Virus record (IMG/VR): IMGVR_UViG_3300021197_001844
From: an uncultured virus (IMG/VR IMGVR_UViG_3300021197_001844)
Lineage: Duplodnaviria > Heunggongvirae > Uroviricota > Caudoviricetes
Length of the DNA stretch: 64,000 nt
Direction: 5' to 3' (one strand)
This document shows positions 26,775 to 37,786 of the stretch, piece after piece (the stretch's first letter is position 1; every line of letters begins with the position of its first letter). The notes beneath the pieces are model-generated. The model saw only the letters and a list, made by a program, of their open reading frames with translations. It did no database searches and was not told the origin of the DNA. A program made the position numbers and the translations under genes.

Positions 26775-28063
26775 TAGTATCCTCCGCCAGACCCTCCACT
26801 GCTCATATTACCACCAGATAGGACCTGTTCTGTTGCTTGCTCTTTACTTAGCTTGATTCCTTTTGCTGCGCTTGTCTTTATTACTTCTCTTCGAAATAAA
26901 TCATTAAAACCAAAAGGTTTTCGAAATAGCTCTGAAGCGAAGATATCAGCAATATAACCTGTTGCGCTACTGATGTCAAGTTTTTTCTTTGCACTTTTTA
27001 TCATACCAGCAAGGTCGCCCTTTGATAATGGACTCTTTTCTTCTTTGTTTCTGAGATTAGCATACATTGTCAAATATCTTTGTTTATCTGTGTACTTCTG
27101 TATATTCAACATTGGTACTCTTTGGTGATTATTTATAAATGTCTTATTATTACATGTTACACCAATTGTTCTTTTATTCTCATTTAATAATACAAAATCA
27201 TTATAATAATTAATAATATTATTAATAATTAATTCTATATCAATTAAATATGTTCTATTATAATATGTATCAAATAAATCACCAGCAGTATTAAAACCAA
27301 GATCATGCAGTGAACTAATTGCAGGCGAATTGAGGTCTGCGATTAAAATCCATGGTGCTTGCTTGACTAAGCAGAAGCCCTTGTTCATTGCCAATTTTTT
27401 ATAATATCCAAATAAAATATTTTCGGCGAAATTGATATTATCTCGGTCGTCATGATATTGATATTCTTTAATTGAAAGTGCCAAACCAGTTGTAAATATC
27501 GAATTATAATGAGACGTTGTCCATCCGCTAAACGTAATTGGTTCCCCCGCATCAAGTTCTAAAAAATATTTATATAAATGTTTGACATATGACTCATAAG
27601 ATGTTATATTGTTTTTATCTCTCTGTGTTAAGTATTCTGTGTTAAACTGTATCAGCAAAGTCCTTAAATAATTTTGATACATTAAAATCGGCGATGTATA
27701 TGCATGTATTGGCTCTAGTGAAGCAAACGATCTATCAGTTGAAATTAACGATCCAACAGCCAGCTTTATTGAAATGTTTTCTCTCATTTCACCATGCATT
27801 TTTTTGATGAATGGTAACACAGACTTATGTGTTGTATCAAAATCCAAAGCAGACTGGCCAAGGTTAACCAAGTTACTTTCATCTACATAGATTGGTCGAC
27901 CGTTAGTGTCAATTTTGCCATAATAGTTCAATTCGGCAAAGTTTAAGTCTTTCAAGGCAGGGTCTTGCTTTCCAGAGGGATGTTCAGGGAAAAAGTTTCC
28001 CTGATATTCTGCTCTCAATGCAGTCAAGCTCATGGTTGATATTATATCATTATGTGCACTCAT
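26774..28063 (-). CDS. Hypothetical protein
   Basis: 429-aa AT-rich ORF with AAGGA RBS; contains an embedded promoter at 26951-26979. Confidence 0.75.
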   Translation of the reverse strand: MSAHNDIISTMSLTALRAEYQGNFFPEHPSGKQDPALKDLNFAELNYYGKIDTNGRPIYVDESNLVNLGQSALDFDTTHKSVLPFIKKMHGEMRENISIKLAVGSLISTDRSFASLEPIHAYTSPILMYQNYLRTLLIQFNTEYLTQRDKNNITSYESYVKHLYKYFLELDAGEPITFSGWTTSHYNSIFTTGLALSIKEYQYHDDRDNINFAENILFGYYKKLAMNKGFCLVKQAPWILIADLNSPAISSLHDLGFNTAGDLFDTYYNRTYLIDIELIINNIINYYNDFVLLNENKRTIGVTCNNKTFINNHQRVPMLNIQKYTDKQRYLTMYANLRNKEEKSPLSKGDLAGMIKSAKKKLDISSATGYIADIFASELFRKPFGFNDLFRREVIKTSAAKGIKLSKEQATEQVLSGGNMSSGGSGGGY

Positions 28064-28080
28064 TTTATTTATTCCTTAAA

Positions 28081-31000
28081 TTACATTCCAACCATCTTGG
28101 GTATGTATGATGGTACTGCTACAGGGAGTTCATTCCATTCAGTATCACTAATGCCGGCGGTATCGATTAACATATCATAATTCATATTATGATAAATGCC
28201 GCCGATTTGAACAATAGCTAAGAGTTTTCCGTTTGTATCGTAGTAAGCCTCGGCATGTGCTCGTTGTGTCCTTCTCACATCGGCTTCTAAATGGGCTTTA
28301 GTTCCTACGTGTTTACCAACACTCCATTTTGTTAGATATTTTCCGGAGCCGTTTAGGGTCTGTTGGTCTTTGCCAATCCATTCCCCTCTAATCTTCGCAC
28401 TGTACGCTGGTCTCCCTTCTATCGTTATTGTTGCGTCTACAATATCAACTTGTGTGACCATCCATTGTACATCAGGGGTATAATACTCCCCTTTTGAGGC
28501 TCCAAAAGCACGTATATATTCCTTTGGTGGGTTTAGAAATTTACCCACTTTGGGGTCTCCTACGGCGACTGCTGGGGTAACTTTAGTCTTTTTTCCAGTA
28601 GTAGTGGTAGTGGTTGGACTTGCAGTCGGTACATTAATTACGGGTGGTGGTTTGCCAAGAGCAATGTTCTGTCTATACTTTTCACTACTATAATTTATGT
28701 TTGGTTTTACATTTCTGGTCGGCAAGGAGGAATTACATCTTGCGGCTTTGGCGTTGTTATAGCCGGCGCCGGTTCTAAAGAAAGCGGCCTTTGATAAAGA
28801 TTTCTTAATACCATAGCCGATCCAACTGGCCTCAATTTCTGTTTTTGCTTTAGGTGACTGGCCACCAAAATATTTCATGCTGTGATTAACTGTAATTATT
28901 TGATAATACCCGCCAATTCCAAGCTGGAACGCCAAAGTTTTGGGACTTGAGGGGTCTTGCCCTAGGCCTCCATCAACCCAGCATACTTGTCCGGGATATA
29001 AAAAGTATGCTGCATTTGATAGCTTTATTTTGACATTATAAACACCAGCAATTTGAGCTATATTACCTTGGTTACTAGCAAAGAATTTGACCTCTCTTCT
29101 ATAGGGTGCATCCTTTTTTGTAAATGACATTGACTCGATCATAGCTTCTGGTATTGTTGCATGTGTCCCATTTTTAAAAAACTGGGTGACCTTTGTTAAC
29201 TGCTTGAATTCTGGAATACCGGCCCTTAGCCACTGATTCGCACCTTCCTGTGTCATATATTCAAAAGACGAAGCATTCGCTGGATACATCACAATATAAT
29301 TTGTATAGTAATCTTTTTGTGATGTATTGAAATCAATCTTCTTATTATTTTTCTTTATTAATGGAATTTTTTTCATCCTTCTATTCTTCATATAATCAAT
29401 AATATAGGTGCCCTTGTCCTGTGCCCCTCTCCCCTTCGAGGATTTTATCCATTCATAATAATCTTCAACCAATTGAGTTGTATTTTTTCTTTTGTATCTG
29501 TTGATGGTGTCTGCATTATCGGCAATAAGTCCGAAATTGCTTATTGCTCTAAAGAGGACCCTCTTATCACTGCCAACTTCAAAACAAACCTCGCCAAGCA
29601 ATCTGGTGACAACTGTTTGGGCCAATTTCCTTATAAAAGACACAATTGGGTAATATGATAATTTTTTCTTGATTATTTCTTCGCCAAACCAGTCGGCAAA
29701 CCAACTTAATGAAATCGGGACATCAGCCAAATTACTATATTGTGACTCAAATTTATTTTTGCGGTCGTTCCACTCAAACCACTCGAATGAACTTAATATA
29801 ACCTTTATCGGATCAGGCTTAAAATAATATCCTTCTTTTAATTTGTTAACTCTGGACTTTGCAATCTGAAAAGGTAAATCAACTTTTGTTCTTATATTCC
29901 TATTTTTAGCTATTTCTTTTATTCCATTCTTTATATGAATCGGAGACAAGTGAACTGAGTCAAGCAAAATATCGATTAGATCGCCTAAGAAAAAGAATTC
30001 AATTCCTTCGTAATCTTGATCAAGTATTGTCTTTTTTGAAATTGCTTTCTTTGCATCCTTGTATACTACGGTGGTGCTGCCTTTAGATTTCCCGCTCATT
30101 TCATACCAATCTTCAAACTTCTTACCAAAATCAACACCGTTACTAAAAAATCTGTTATTGGAACTGGGATAATTGGCATTAATTAACTTAGCACGCTCTG
30201 CGGCGGTTTTTTTGCTTGCATCCATCTCTTTATAAAAGTGCCACGCTTCCATCACTTTCTTTAAATCAATATTAGATTCAATAGAATCTTTTATTCTTTT
30301 TGGGAATTTTATTGAATCAGCATAAGCATTTAGAGATCCTCTAATTGCTGATTTTTTAACAGAGACTTTAAATAACCTGTTTGATGATTGTAGCTGGTCT
30401 ATGATACGTGGTATGACAAAAACTGAATCCATTTTTGTGTCTTCGTTGAACTCTCTAATTGAAGATCTCAATGTATCAAGTGAACACCCTTGTTCTAGTT
30501 TTTGCTGCATTTGAATTTCTTTGTTAACTCTTCTGTCTAGTAAATCCGGTCCAGCTAAAGAGTCATACGACGGGTCTGAAAGGGCCGAGTGTACATAGCC
30601 ACGGTACGACACTGTTACTTCTGCTTGTAAAGTCTTATCATTTTTTTTAATTTCATGATCCACAACCGCAATGTCTAGGACCAAAGGGACTTGCTCCAGT
30701 GCGCTTGCCATCTTATTTGCATTTTTTGGCATAGAATTTGTTTGCAATGGTTTCTCATAAAACACATGCGATTCAAGCAACAATCTATTATAATCAGGGT
30801 GATATTGATTTCGAAAAACACTAGCAAACCCAGTTGGGCTACTTTGGTTTGTGTATGTTATTAAATCAAGAAAACTATACTTGTATTTGTGAGTTTTTTT
30901 ACCAATTGTAATTTCACCCTTGAAATATTGTTTAATTGTATTTATGTCAGGCAGCACAAAACTCATTTTTACTTCAACATCTGACTTTGAAGTAGCCATG

Positions 31001-33153
31001 TTACCGCCCTTGAACGAAACATCAATAGATTTAATTAAAATAGCGTTGTCAGTAATGAGGCCATTTTTCTCCCCAATTAATTTTAAGTCTGGTGGTGAAT
31101 AAAAATTGTTCAATAAGAAATCTTCTTTACCATCCGGATCAGTTGTTGTCTCGGCCATACCAAAAATAAGTGGCAGCTTAACTACGTTCCCTTCATTTAT
31201 CAGCTTGCCATTCAAATCCTTGTAATTTTTAACTACTTTTGATACTCTTACTGTCGTGCGGTACCCGCTAGCTAATGGTTCCGGTGATTTGAGGTAATCG
31301 TTAAGGCCTATCCCATAAACGTTATCCAACAAAGGTATTGTCAAAGCATTCATTGTATTTTGGTATGGCTTAACTCCTACTGGTATTATTCTCCCACCCC
31401 ACGGATATGGCTTTGTTGTGCCAAGGGTGATACTGGTACCACTGATCTTTTTCTTTATATAATTGCCTTTTCCGTCTGTGTTATTTCTCATGCCAATTGA
31501 TATTTTTTCTAAATGAGTAAAGCCGGCCAATAAAACACATTGCATAATGCTTCTATTTAATTCATCTTTTTTTGCTTTCTCTTTCGCTGGTGAAGTGCCT
31601 TCATACGGAACAAAACGCCCTGCTAGATCCTTAAATGCATCACCTCTAGCCTTATTAATTGCGGACAGTTTATCAACCAGCCCTTGGCCCTTCTTGTCAC
31701 CCTTCTTTGCATCATCGAATGCTTTTTCTGATAATACAAAAACTTCATTCAGTAATGAACCAACACCAAGAAAGAAAATACCCTCATAAGTATTAGCAAA
31801 TCCATAGTGTTCTTTCATTTCATCAAAAATAAATTTCTGCTGTTTGGCGGTGCTTGGTTGTGCATGCCTATATGGCCCCAGTCTGGCTTCAATAGGGACT
31901 TGAAATTTGGTAAATTTCAAGTTATGTTCTGTTAACTTTCTGTTATAATACCGTGTTAGCTCTCCGCTTTTAGTTTTTGGTCCTTTTGTGGCTCCGGTTG
32001 AGTATGAATAGGAATCCTTTAATATCGTCGCTCCTGCGCCGCAAATCCCTCCAAGAATAAAAGCGCTTTTGATAAACTTATCGATACCCTCGGCCATCTC
32101 CATAGGGTCATCAATCCCATATTCAAACAAGCACCAAGAAGTACCACCTGCACCATGAGTGCTAGTGGAGCTAAAATTTTTGCTAAACTCATTATTTTTG
32201 TCATCTAAACTATAACCACTTAGGCCCAATAAAGCGTGCATCGTATTATATGATGATAATACGTCAATTTCATACATCATGTCGACATGTGGGTTGCTGT
32301 CTGTGATTTTTCCACCACCAGTGTAACCAATTCCTGCTTCTCTTATTGATTCATCATTTTCATTTACTATTTTAGTATATTTTGCTTTCTGTTTTACTGG
32401 GTCGTATCTACTGGCATTCGATAAACCACCAGCCAAAACCTTGACAACACTTCCACCATCATTCACAATATATTTATTAAATTGGGTCGTGATATTTGTT
32501 GCTGATGGGACAAGTCCTTCCCAATTGGTTACGCTATCGGTCATGTTTTTAATATCCTGATCATCGTCAATTCCATAAATTACCCAAGAATATCCTCCCG
32601 CATTTCCACCAGTGCCACCGAGGCCAACAAATCGATTAGGAAATTTGTCGCCTTGCGTGACCTCCGTACTTTTGTATTTAGAAGCAGGGTCACCCGTCGC
32701 CCAGCCGCTCCATGTTGGGTCATCCATCTCAGCAACTGCGGTTTGGTTGTTGGTTAACCTACTAAATACAAAAACCTCCTTTTGTGCAAGTACAATTTTT
32801 TCTGCGATTCTAGTTTTTGTAATATTAATAGTACTTAAAAACCATGAAAACATATTTGGGTATGTTGCATCTTTGTCATCAACAGTCAAATATGGGATTT
32901 TTTTATAGTAAGCCGTCGCACTAGTGGTAGATGTATACATTTCTTTATGAAAAAGTTGTAAAATATATGCAAAAAATTCCATACCTTGCTTCGGGTCATT
33001 ATAGGCGTTCCTCATCCATTCCTCACCGGTGATTCCGCCCAATTGTTGCGATGGCGATCTCCCGGCCTTATACATCGGGTATAAGTCACCAACTCTTCCA
33101 ATTGTACTACTGAACTTACTAGCGTATATTGTTCCTCTTTTTGGTGCTGCCAT
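28081..33153 (-). CDS. Large baseplate hub-like / tail-associated protein
   Basis: 1690 aa; follows the LysM-like gene; FLYPGQVCWVD..LGIGGYYQIITVNH resembles a hub (gp27/VgrG-like) beta-barrel. Confidence 0.5.
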   Translation of the reverse strand: MAAPKRGTIYASKFSSTIGRVGDLYPMYKAGRSPSQQLGGITGEEWMRNAYNDPKQGMEFFAYILQLFHKEMYTSTTSATAYYKKIPYLTVDDKDATYPNMFSWFLSTINITKTRIAEKIVLAQKEVFVFSRLTNNQTAVAEMDDPTWSGWATGDPASKYKSTEVTQGDKFPNRFVGLGGTGGNAGGYSWVIYGIDDDQDIKNMTDSVTNWEGLVPSATNITTQFNKYIVNDGGSVVKVLAGGLSNASRYDPVKQKAKYTKIVNENDESIREAGIGYTGGGKITDSNPHVDMMYEIDVLSSYNTMHALLGLSGYSLDDKNNEFSKNFSSTSTHGAGGTSWCLFEYGIDDPMEMAEGIDKFIKSAFILGGICGAGATILKDSYSYSTGATKGPKTKSGELTRYYNRKLTEHNLKFTKFQVPIEARLGPYRHAQPSTAKQQKFIFDEMKEHYGFANTYEGIFFLGVGSLLNEVFVLSEKAFDDAKKGDKKGQGLVDKLSAINKARGDAFKDLAGRFVPYEGTSPAKEKAKKDELNRSIMQCVLLAGFTHLEKISIGMRNNTDGKGNYIKKKISGTSITLGTTKPYPWGGRIIPVGVKPYQNTMNALTIPLLDNVYGIGLNDYLKSPEPLASGYRTTVRVSKVVKNYKDLNGKLINEGNVVKLPLIFGMAETTTDPDGKEDFLLNNFYSPPDLKLIGEKNGLITDNAILIKSIDVSFKGGNMATSKSDVEVKMSFVLPDINTIKQYFKGEITIGKKTHKYKYSFLDLITYTNQSSPTGFASVFRNQYHPDYNRLLLESHVFYEKPLQTNSMPKNANKMASALEQVPLVLDIAVVDHEIKKNDKTLQAEVTVSYRGYVHSALSDPSYDSLAGPDLLDRRVNKEIQMQQKLEQGCSLDTLRSSIREFNEDTKMDSVFVIPRIIDQLQSSNRLFKVSVKKSAIRGSLNAYADSIKFPKRIKDSIESNIDLKKVMEAWHFYKEMDASKKTAAERAKLINANYPSSNNRFFSNGVDFGKKFEDWYEMSGKSKGSTTVVYKDAKKAISKKTILDQDYEGIEFFFLGDLIDILLDSVHLSPIHIKNGIKEIAKNRNIRTKVDLPFQIAKSRVNKLKEGYYFKPDPIKVILSSFEWFEWNDRKNKFESQYSNLADVPISLSWFADWFGEEIIKKKLSYYPIVSFIRKLAQTVVTRLLGEVCFEVGSDKRVLFRAISNFGLIADNADTINRYKRKNTTQLVEDYYEWIKSSKGRGAQDKGTYIIDYMKNRRMKKIPLIKKNNKKIDFNTSQKDYYTNYIVMYPANASSFEYMTQEGANQWLRAGIPEFKQLTKVTQFFKNGTHATIPEAMIESMSFTKKDAPYRREVKFFASNQGNIAQIAGVYNVKIKLSNAAYFLYPGQVCWVDGGLGQDPSSPKTLAFQLGIGGYYQIITVNHSMKYFGGQSPKAKTEIEASWIGYGIKKSLSKAAFFRTGAGYNNAKAARCNSSLPTRNVKPNINYSSEKYRQNIALGKPPPVINVPTASPTTTTTTGKKTKVTPAVAVGDPKVGKFLNPPKEYIRAFGASKGEYYTPDVQWMVTQVDIVDATITIEGRPAYSAKIRGEWIGKDQQTLNGSGKYLTKWSVGKHVGTKAHLEADVRRTQRAHAEAYYDTNGKLLAIVQIGGIYHNMNYDMLIDTAGISDTEWNELPVAVPSYIPKMVGM

Positions 33154-33157
33154 TCTA

Positions 33158-33487
33158 TTATCCTGTTATGTCTGTTTCAACTTGTGATGGATCTATTGGG
33201 ACATCTAGGATATCCCCATCGCTATAGTGTGCATCAGTTGGCTTGTTATTATAAAGTGCAATAACCCACCAGTACTTATACGTACCATAATATTCATAAG
33301 ATAATTTATAAAGCTTATCTCCCCTTTTCCATATATGTTCAATAGAAGGGTATGATGAATCAAAATTGCTTTCATTGAAAATTAGTGTTTCATAGTGCTG
33401 GGCTAAATTAATATCTCTTGGCTCGAAAAGGTCTTGATATTGATCTTCTTCGTTATTTAATATTTGTCTACCGATATATTTTGGCAC
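33158..33487 (-). CDS. LysM-like baseplate wedge protein (gp53/tail X-like)
   Basis: HIWKRGDKLYKLSYEYYG..KYWWVIALYN...GDILDVP. Confidence 0.8.
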   Translation of the reverse strand: MPKYIGRQILNNEEDQYQDLFEPRDINLAQHYETLIFNESNFDSSYPSIEHIWKRGDKLYKLSYEYYGTYKYWWVIALYNNKPTDAHYSDGDILDVPIDPSQVETDITG

Positions 33488-33490
33488 TGT

Positions 33491-34978
33491 CTATCCTCCG
33501 TAATTTGGGTCATTAGCTTGCAATGACAAGCCAATAGTAAAACTTTTATAATAAAGCATACCGTCTTCATCGAAAAAACCCAACTCTAAATTTGGCTTTA
33601 TACTAAAATCAGTACATATACACTGAACCGGGTCTGTTGTCTCAAACATTGCTGCGCCGGTACCAATTAAATTTTTAAATTTGACCAGCATTTGACAGAC
33701 AGTTGTCGTACTAATTTGTAATTTGGGGTATATCATTCTCATCATTTTTTGCAAATTTAAATGAATAGTTTTCGCATGTGATACATTAATTGCGTTAATA
33801 TCAAATCCAAGTGAATAATTTGGCTGCTTGGTTGCAAATATTAATCTGTCTTTACCGGTAAGATGTTTAAATTCATGCAAGTTTTTCTTGTCTATGGCCG
33901 TTTCAATACTAAGTGAGTTAACAAATGGCAAAAATTTTGCACTTTCATTGTGTTTCGAAAACTCAATAAACGAATTTCTGTTATTGGCATATAAATAAGA
34001 ATAATTATTTGTAATTTTAGGGTTGTCTTTATTGATGGCAATTCCAAATGGCCATGTGCCAATATCCCTAGAGTGATATGCGCTGCTGTCATAGCCACTA
34101 GCCGCATCTGTTTGTTGGTTTCCGAATCCAAGGATATTCTTTATGCTTCCGCCTAGATGTTCATTTATTATTTCTATATTAAGGGTGAGCTTGTATGTTT
34201 TTGGCAATAGTAAATCATTAGACTCAAAATATCCCATATCATTATCAACAGTTGCTTTTACATTACTAATTAGGCATCTCAAACCATAAGTTTGCATATT
34301 TTTATATGTTTTGTCTGATTTTGATTGTAAAATTTCATGCTCTTCAGTATAATTACCAGACTGGATAAGATTCGCAAAGCTGATAAGAAACACCATTTTG
34401 GTACCTGTTTTTGACTTATCACCATTACTACGCTTTCTATCTGAGTTATTATTTTTATCCAGTTCAGCACACGCTTGAGCCAAGGCAAGTTTATCAGGGC
34501 CATCCCCATTGCTGTCAGTCCGCCAAGCATCTGCAACGCTTTTAACTAATCTTCCACCTTTATAAGCATTTGGGTTATTTTGCTTAAAAACCGAGCAAGT
34601 CTCTGGTGTTATATTAGAGGTAGAAGTTTTCTCTTCCGATGGATCTCTTAGCCATGACATAAAAGTTGAAATTTTAGCTGCATTCGCATCAGCTTCTGAA
34701 ACAGATGTCGCTGGTAGATCTAACTCTATTTTTATACTGATATCAGCGCCCGTAATAACCTTTGGGCTATTTGCAACCGATAATGCGTCCATCATATCAG
34801 TGGTGTCAACTTTCAAATCATAAGAAATACTTGAAACAAACGGCTTAAATACAATTAAGGCGTCTTCGTCCCCCTCTTTTCCAATATATAAGAAAGCATT
34901 TTTATTTTTGGTATATACTCTTGAATAGTCATTACCTTTTATTTTATCTAAATTGTTTAATTGTGTCCACCAAGCCAT
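33491..34978 (-). CDS. Tube-initiator/baseplate protein with two tandem tube-like domains
   Basis: Internal duplication (FKPFVSS / FLPFVNS; DMGYFE / ELGFFD); lies after the tape measure gene. Confidence 0.55.
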   Translation of the reverse strand: MAWWTQLNNLDKIKGNDYSRVYTKNKNAFLYIGKEGDEDALIVFKPFVSSISYDLKVDTTDMMDALSVANSPKVITGADISIKIELDLPATSVSEADANAAKISTFMSWLRDPSEEKTSTSNITPETCSVFKQNNPNAYKGGRLVKSVADAWRTDSNGDGPDKLALAQACAELDKNNNSDRKRSNGDKSKTGTKMVFLISFANLIQSGNYTEEHEILQSKSDKTYKNMQTYGLRCLISNVKATVDNDMGYFESNDLLLPKTYKLTLNIEIINEHLGGSIKNILGFGNQQTDAASGYDSSAYHSRDIGTWPFGIAINKDNPKITNNYSYLYANNRNSFIEFSKHNESAKFLPFVNSLSIETAIDKKNLHEFKHLTGKDRLIFATKQPNYSLGFDINAINVSHAKTIHLNLQKMMRMIYPKLQISTTTVCQMLVKFKNLIGTGAAMFETTDPVQCICTDFSIKPNLELGFFDEDGMLYYKSFTIGLSLQANDPNYGG

Positions 34979-34979
34979 A

Positions 34980-37718
34980 TTAATCCCTTGAGCTAGCTAT
35001 CTCTTCTCTTACTATAGATCTGAGTTCATTTCCATCTATTTCTACTGAAACATTTACAATCGGAGCAGGTACTGAAATTTTATCATCCATTTTTACATCC
35101 ACTGTTATTCTGGGTGGTATTAGTGCAATTAGGCCACCCTTACCTGCTAATACTGTTGTCTGGCTACCGTCACTTGAAACAATAAAGTTTTTATTGCCAA
35201 TTCCCTGCAATAGACCAGAGACAGAAGACCCCAGATTCATAATGCCTGATGCGATATTTACTAAACCCTCTCCCATTGCAGCGACTGAATTACCAAGCCC
35301 GATTATATCTTTAAAGCTTGTACCAGTCAGGGCCATTGAAGCACGTATCGCAGCAAGAGCAAGTGCGCCGGCTCCGATACCAACAGCAGCAATACTTGCC
35401 ATTTTGCCGAGGCCTAAGAAGCCAAGCCCCATGGCAATAAGACCACCAGCAAACACAAACATATTATCTGTTCCTGAGCTTATGGTTGAAATAAAATCTA
35501 TTATTACCTTTACTACTCCGCCAACAGCTTCAACTACAAGACTAATCGAATAAAACATTAAGGATAAACCAACACCCAAAAATAATACCCCTATTCCAGC
35601 TTTCATTAGTGCTGGTGACAAGAAGTACAGGGCAACTGCCAATATAACAACCCCTATTGCCATTGCACCGGGCAATTCGTAAACTGCTGGTGATTTTCTT
35701 TCACGGAAAGCCCCACCAACAGCGGCAACAGCTATAGCCAATCCGGTAAGAAGAAGCACCAGCCCACCTAACATAAGGAATAATTTTCCAGCAGACATCG
35801 TAAATGCTGTAGTTGTCACGGTTGCTGCTCCTTCGGCTGCGGACAGAGTTGTTGTGGTTACGACTCTTGCTGCTTGGGCCACAGCAATGGCCATTTGAAC
35901 TCCTTTATAAAACCCATAGAGGATAACTAGCTTGTCTATGTGTTTTGCCGCAAGGGCAAAAAAGTGCACTGAATCTTCAAACAATTTAATAAAAGCAGGA
36001 GCGTTATCTATAATAGCCGCCATCGCCGCTTCAAAATTCTTATTCTCTATAAAGGCCTTTTTTACCTCATTAATTAACTGTGTTAATGTTGGCACCATTT
36101 CCATAACTACATCATTCAATTGTTGCGTCGCCAAAGCATTATCCAGCTTCGTTTGAGCAAGCTGCTTTTCCGCCTCAGTCTGGCCCTTCATATACCCCTC
36201 TAGGGCTAAAACATCATCCCCGAATCCAAGCATTTCAGCAGCGGCAAGTCGCTGATGGTCTGTCATCATATCGTACCCGCCTGTTGCCATGTTCAAAGAT
36301 TCCGCAATTGATTTATTTCTTTGTTCTGCTGTCTTGCCCATAAGATTAACAGAACTAATTGATGTACCAAATACAGAATTCAATCTTGCTGCAGCATCGG
36401 CACCATCCTTAAATGTATTAAATTTCTTTGCTATTGATGTCAGCTTAGCAATTTCAGCACCAGTTGCTTTTGACATAGCCTGTAACTTAGTCAATTCAGC
36501 AGTGGCATTACCACCCATACTTGCAACAGAGCCGGCAAATTGATTAAAATCACTCATCGCTTTTGTCGATGTGATGCCCATCTCCCTTGCGTTCATTGTA
36601 AATCCGACTAATTGATCTGAAGCGGCCTTAATATCTCCAGCACTTCCGCCAAATTGATATCGCAGTTTATTAACCGATTTCGCATATGTTTCCGTGTCTA
36701 CTCCTAACTTGTTTAACGTAGCACCGGTTCTAGCCAAGTCTTTACCAAGTTCTGATTGAACATCAAAATTTGCAATAGTGGTGCCTAAAGAAGTAAAAGA
36801 CTTACCTAGCTCTGCTGAGCTTATGTTTAAATCTAGCATTTCTGCTTTCATACTAGCCAATAACTTTTGTGAGTCCCTCATTCCAACGTTTAAAGACTTG
36901 GACATGTCAATAGCCGCTTTTTCTGTTTCAACAAAAAGCTCAATCATAAATTGGATAGCCATTCCAATAATATTTAATGGAGAAAACATACTCAATAGGG
37001 CACCACTAACTGCTTGGATGGCCATTTTGGGACTTGAAGCCATAGTTTGTCCGAATTGGGCTGCACCTTGAATCATTTTCCCGAAAGCGGTATCACTGGC
37101 TTTTGCTGACATTCCTAGTTTACCAGCTAAAAAGCTAACACCCTTGTTAACGGCATTGACGCCACTCTCAGAGGCTTCTAATTTAGCACGTAACGTATCC
37201 ATTCCTTGGGAAAACTCGTCGGCTGATATGTTACCAGCAACAAATTCTGTCATTAAGTGGTCTGCTGCTTTTGCCAAAACACTTTTTGCTCCCGCTGTGT
37301 CTTTAAACTGCTTGGTGAGTTCTTGAAGTCTTGTTCTTACTTTATCTATTTTTTCTGTTTTAAGTTTACTTATTTCGGCATCGATTGCAGAAGTGTCGGC
37401 ATTTTGATCGGCTTCTTTCATTTTGTTTTTCAGATCAGTCAGCTTGTCCATTCGCTCGTTAGCTTTACCCAAGGCCTCGGCATAATTTTTCATTGATTGT
37501 AAATTCAAATTAGCTACTTGCATCTGATTTTTCAGCATTCCAATTCTATCGCTGATCGCAGAATTTATTTCCTTTTCAATTTTCTGCTGTTCTTTCCGCC
37601 TCTCAAGGTCCAACATTCTTTGATCAGCTAATTCTTTCGCAAGATTTACCTGTGATTCGGTAGGTCCGTCATTACCACCACCACCATCATCATCTGTCGG
37701 GTCTTCCCATTCCCACAT
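34980..37718 (-). CDS. Tape measure protein
   Basis: 912 aa helical A/G/L/M-rich with hydrophobic C-terminal part; follows the tube and chaperone genes. Confidence 0.85.
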   Translation of the reverse strand: MWEWEDPTDDDGGGGNDGPTESQVNLAKELADQRMLDLERRKEQQKIEKEINSAISDRIGMLKNQMQVANLNLQSMKNYAEALGKANERMDKLTDLKNKMKEADQNADTSAIDAEISKLKTEKIDKVRTRLQELTKQFKDTAGAKSVLAKAADHLMTEFVAGNISADEFSQGMDTLRAKLEASESGVNAVNKGVSFLAGKLGMSAKASDTAFGKMIQGAAQFGQTMASSPKMAIQAVSGALLSMFSPLNIIGMAIQFMIELFVETEKAAIDMSKSLNVGMRDSQKLLASMKAEMLDLNISSAELGKSFTSLGTTIANFDVQSELGKDLARTGATLNKLGVDTETYAKSVNKLRYQFGGSAGDIKAASDQLVGFTMNAREMGITSTKAMSDFNQFAGSVASMGGNATAELTKLQAMSKATGAEIAKLTSIAKKFNTFKDGADAAARLNSVFGTSISSVNLMGKTAEQRNKSIAESLNMATGGYDMMTDHQRLAAAEMLGFGDDVLALEGYMKGQTEAEKQLAQTKLDNALATQQLNDVVMEMVPTLTQLINEVKKAFIENKNFEAAMAAIIDNAPAFIKLFEDSVHFFALAAKHIDKLVILYGFYKGVQMAIAVAQAARVVTTTTLSAAEGAATVTTTAFTMSAGKLFLMLGGLVLLLTGLAIAVAAVGGAFRERKSPAVYELPGAMAIGVVILAVALYFLSPALMKAGIGVLFLGVGLSLMFYSISLVVEAVGGVVKVIIDFISTISSGTDNMFVFAGGLIAMGLGFLGLGKMASIAAVGIGAGALALAAIRASMALTGTSFKDIIGLGNSVAAMGEGLVNIASGIMNLGSSVSGLLQGIGNKNFIVSSDGSQTTVLAGKGGLIALIPPRITVDVKMDDKISVPAPIVNVSVEIDGNELRSIVREEIASSRD

Positions 37719-37756
37719 AAAAAATACCTCTTTTTATAAAATAATTAGTGTAATAT

Positions 37757-37784
37757 AAAAATACCCAGTAAAACTGGGTATTTT
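37757..37784. terminator. Bidirectional terminator
   Basis: AAAATACCCAGT-AAA-ACTGGGTATTTT perfect hairpin. Confidence 0.8.
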
Positions 37785-37786
37785 AA

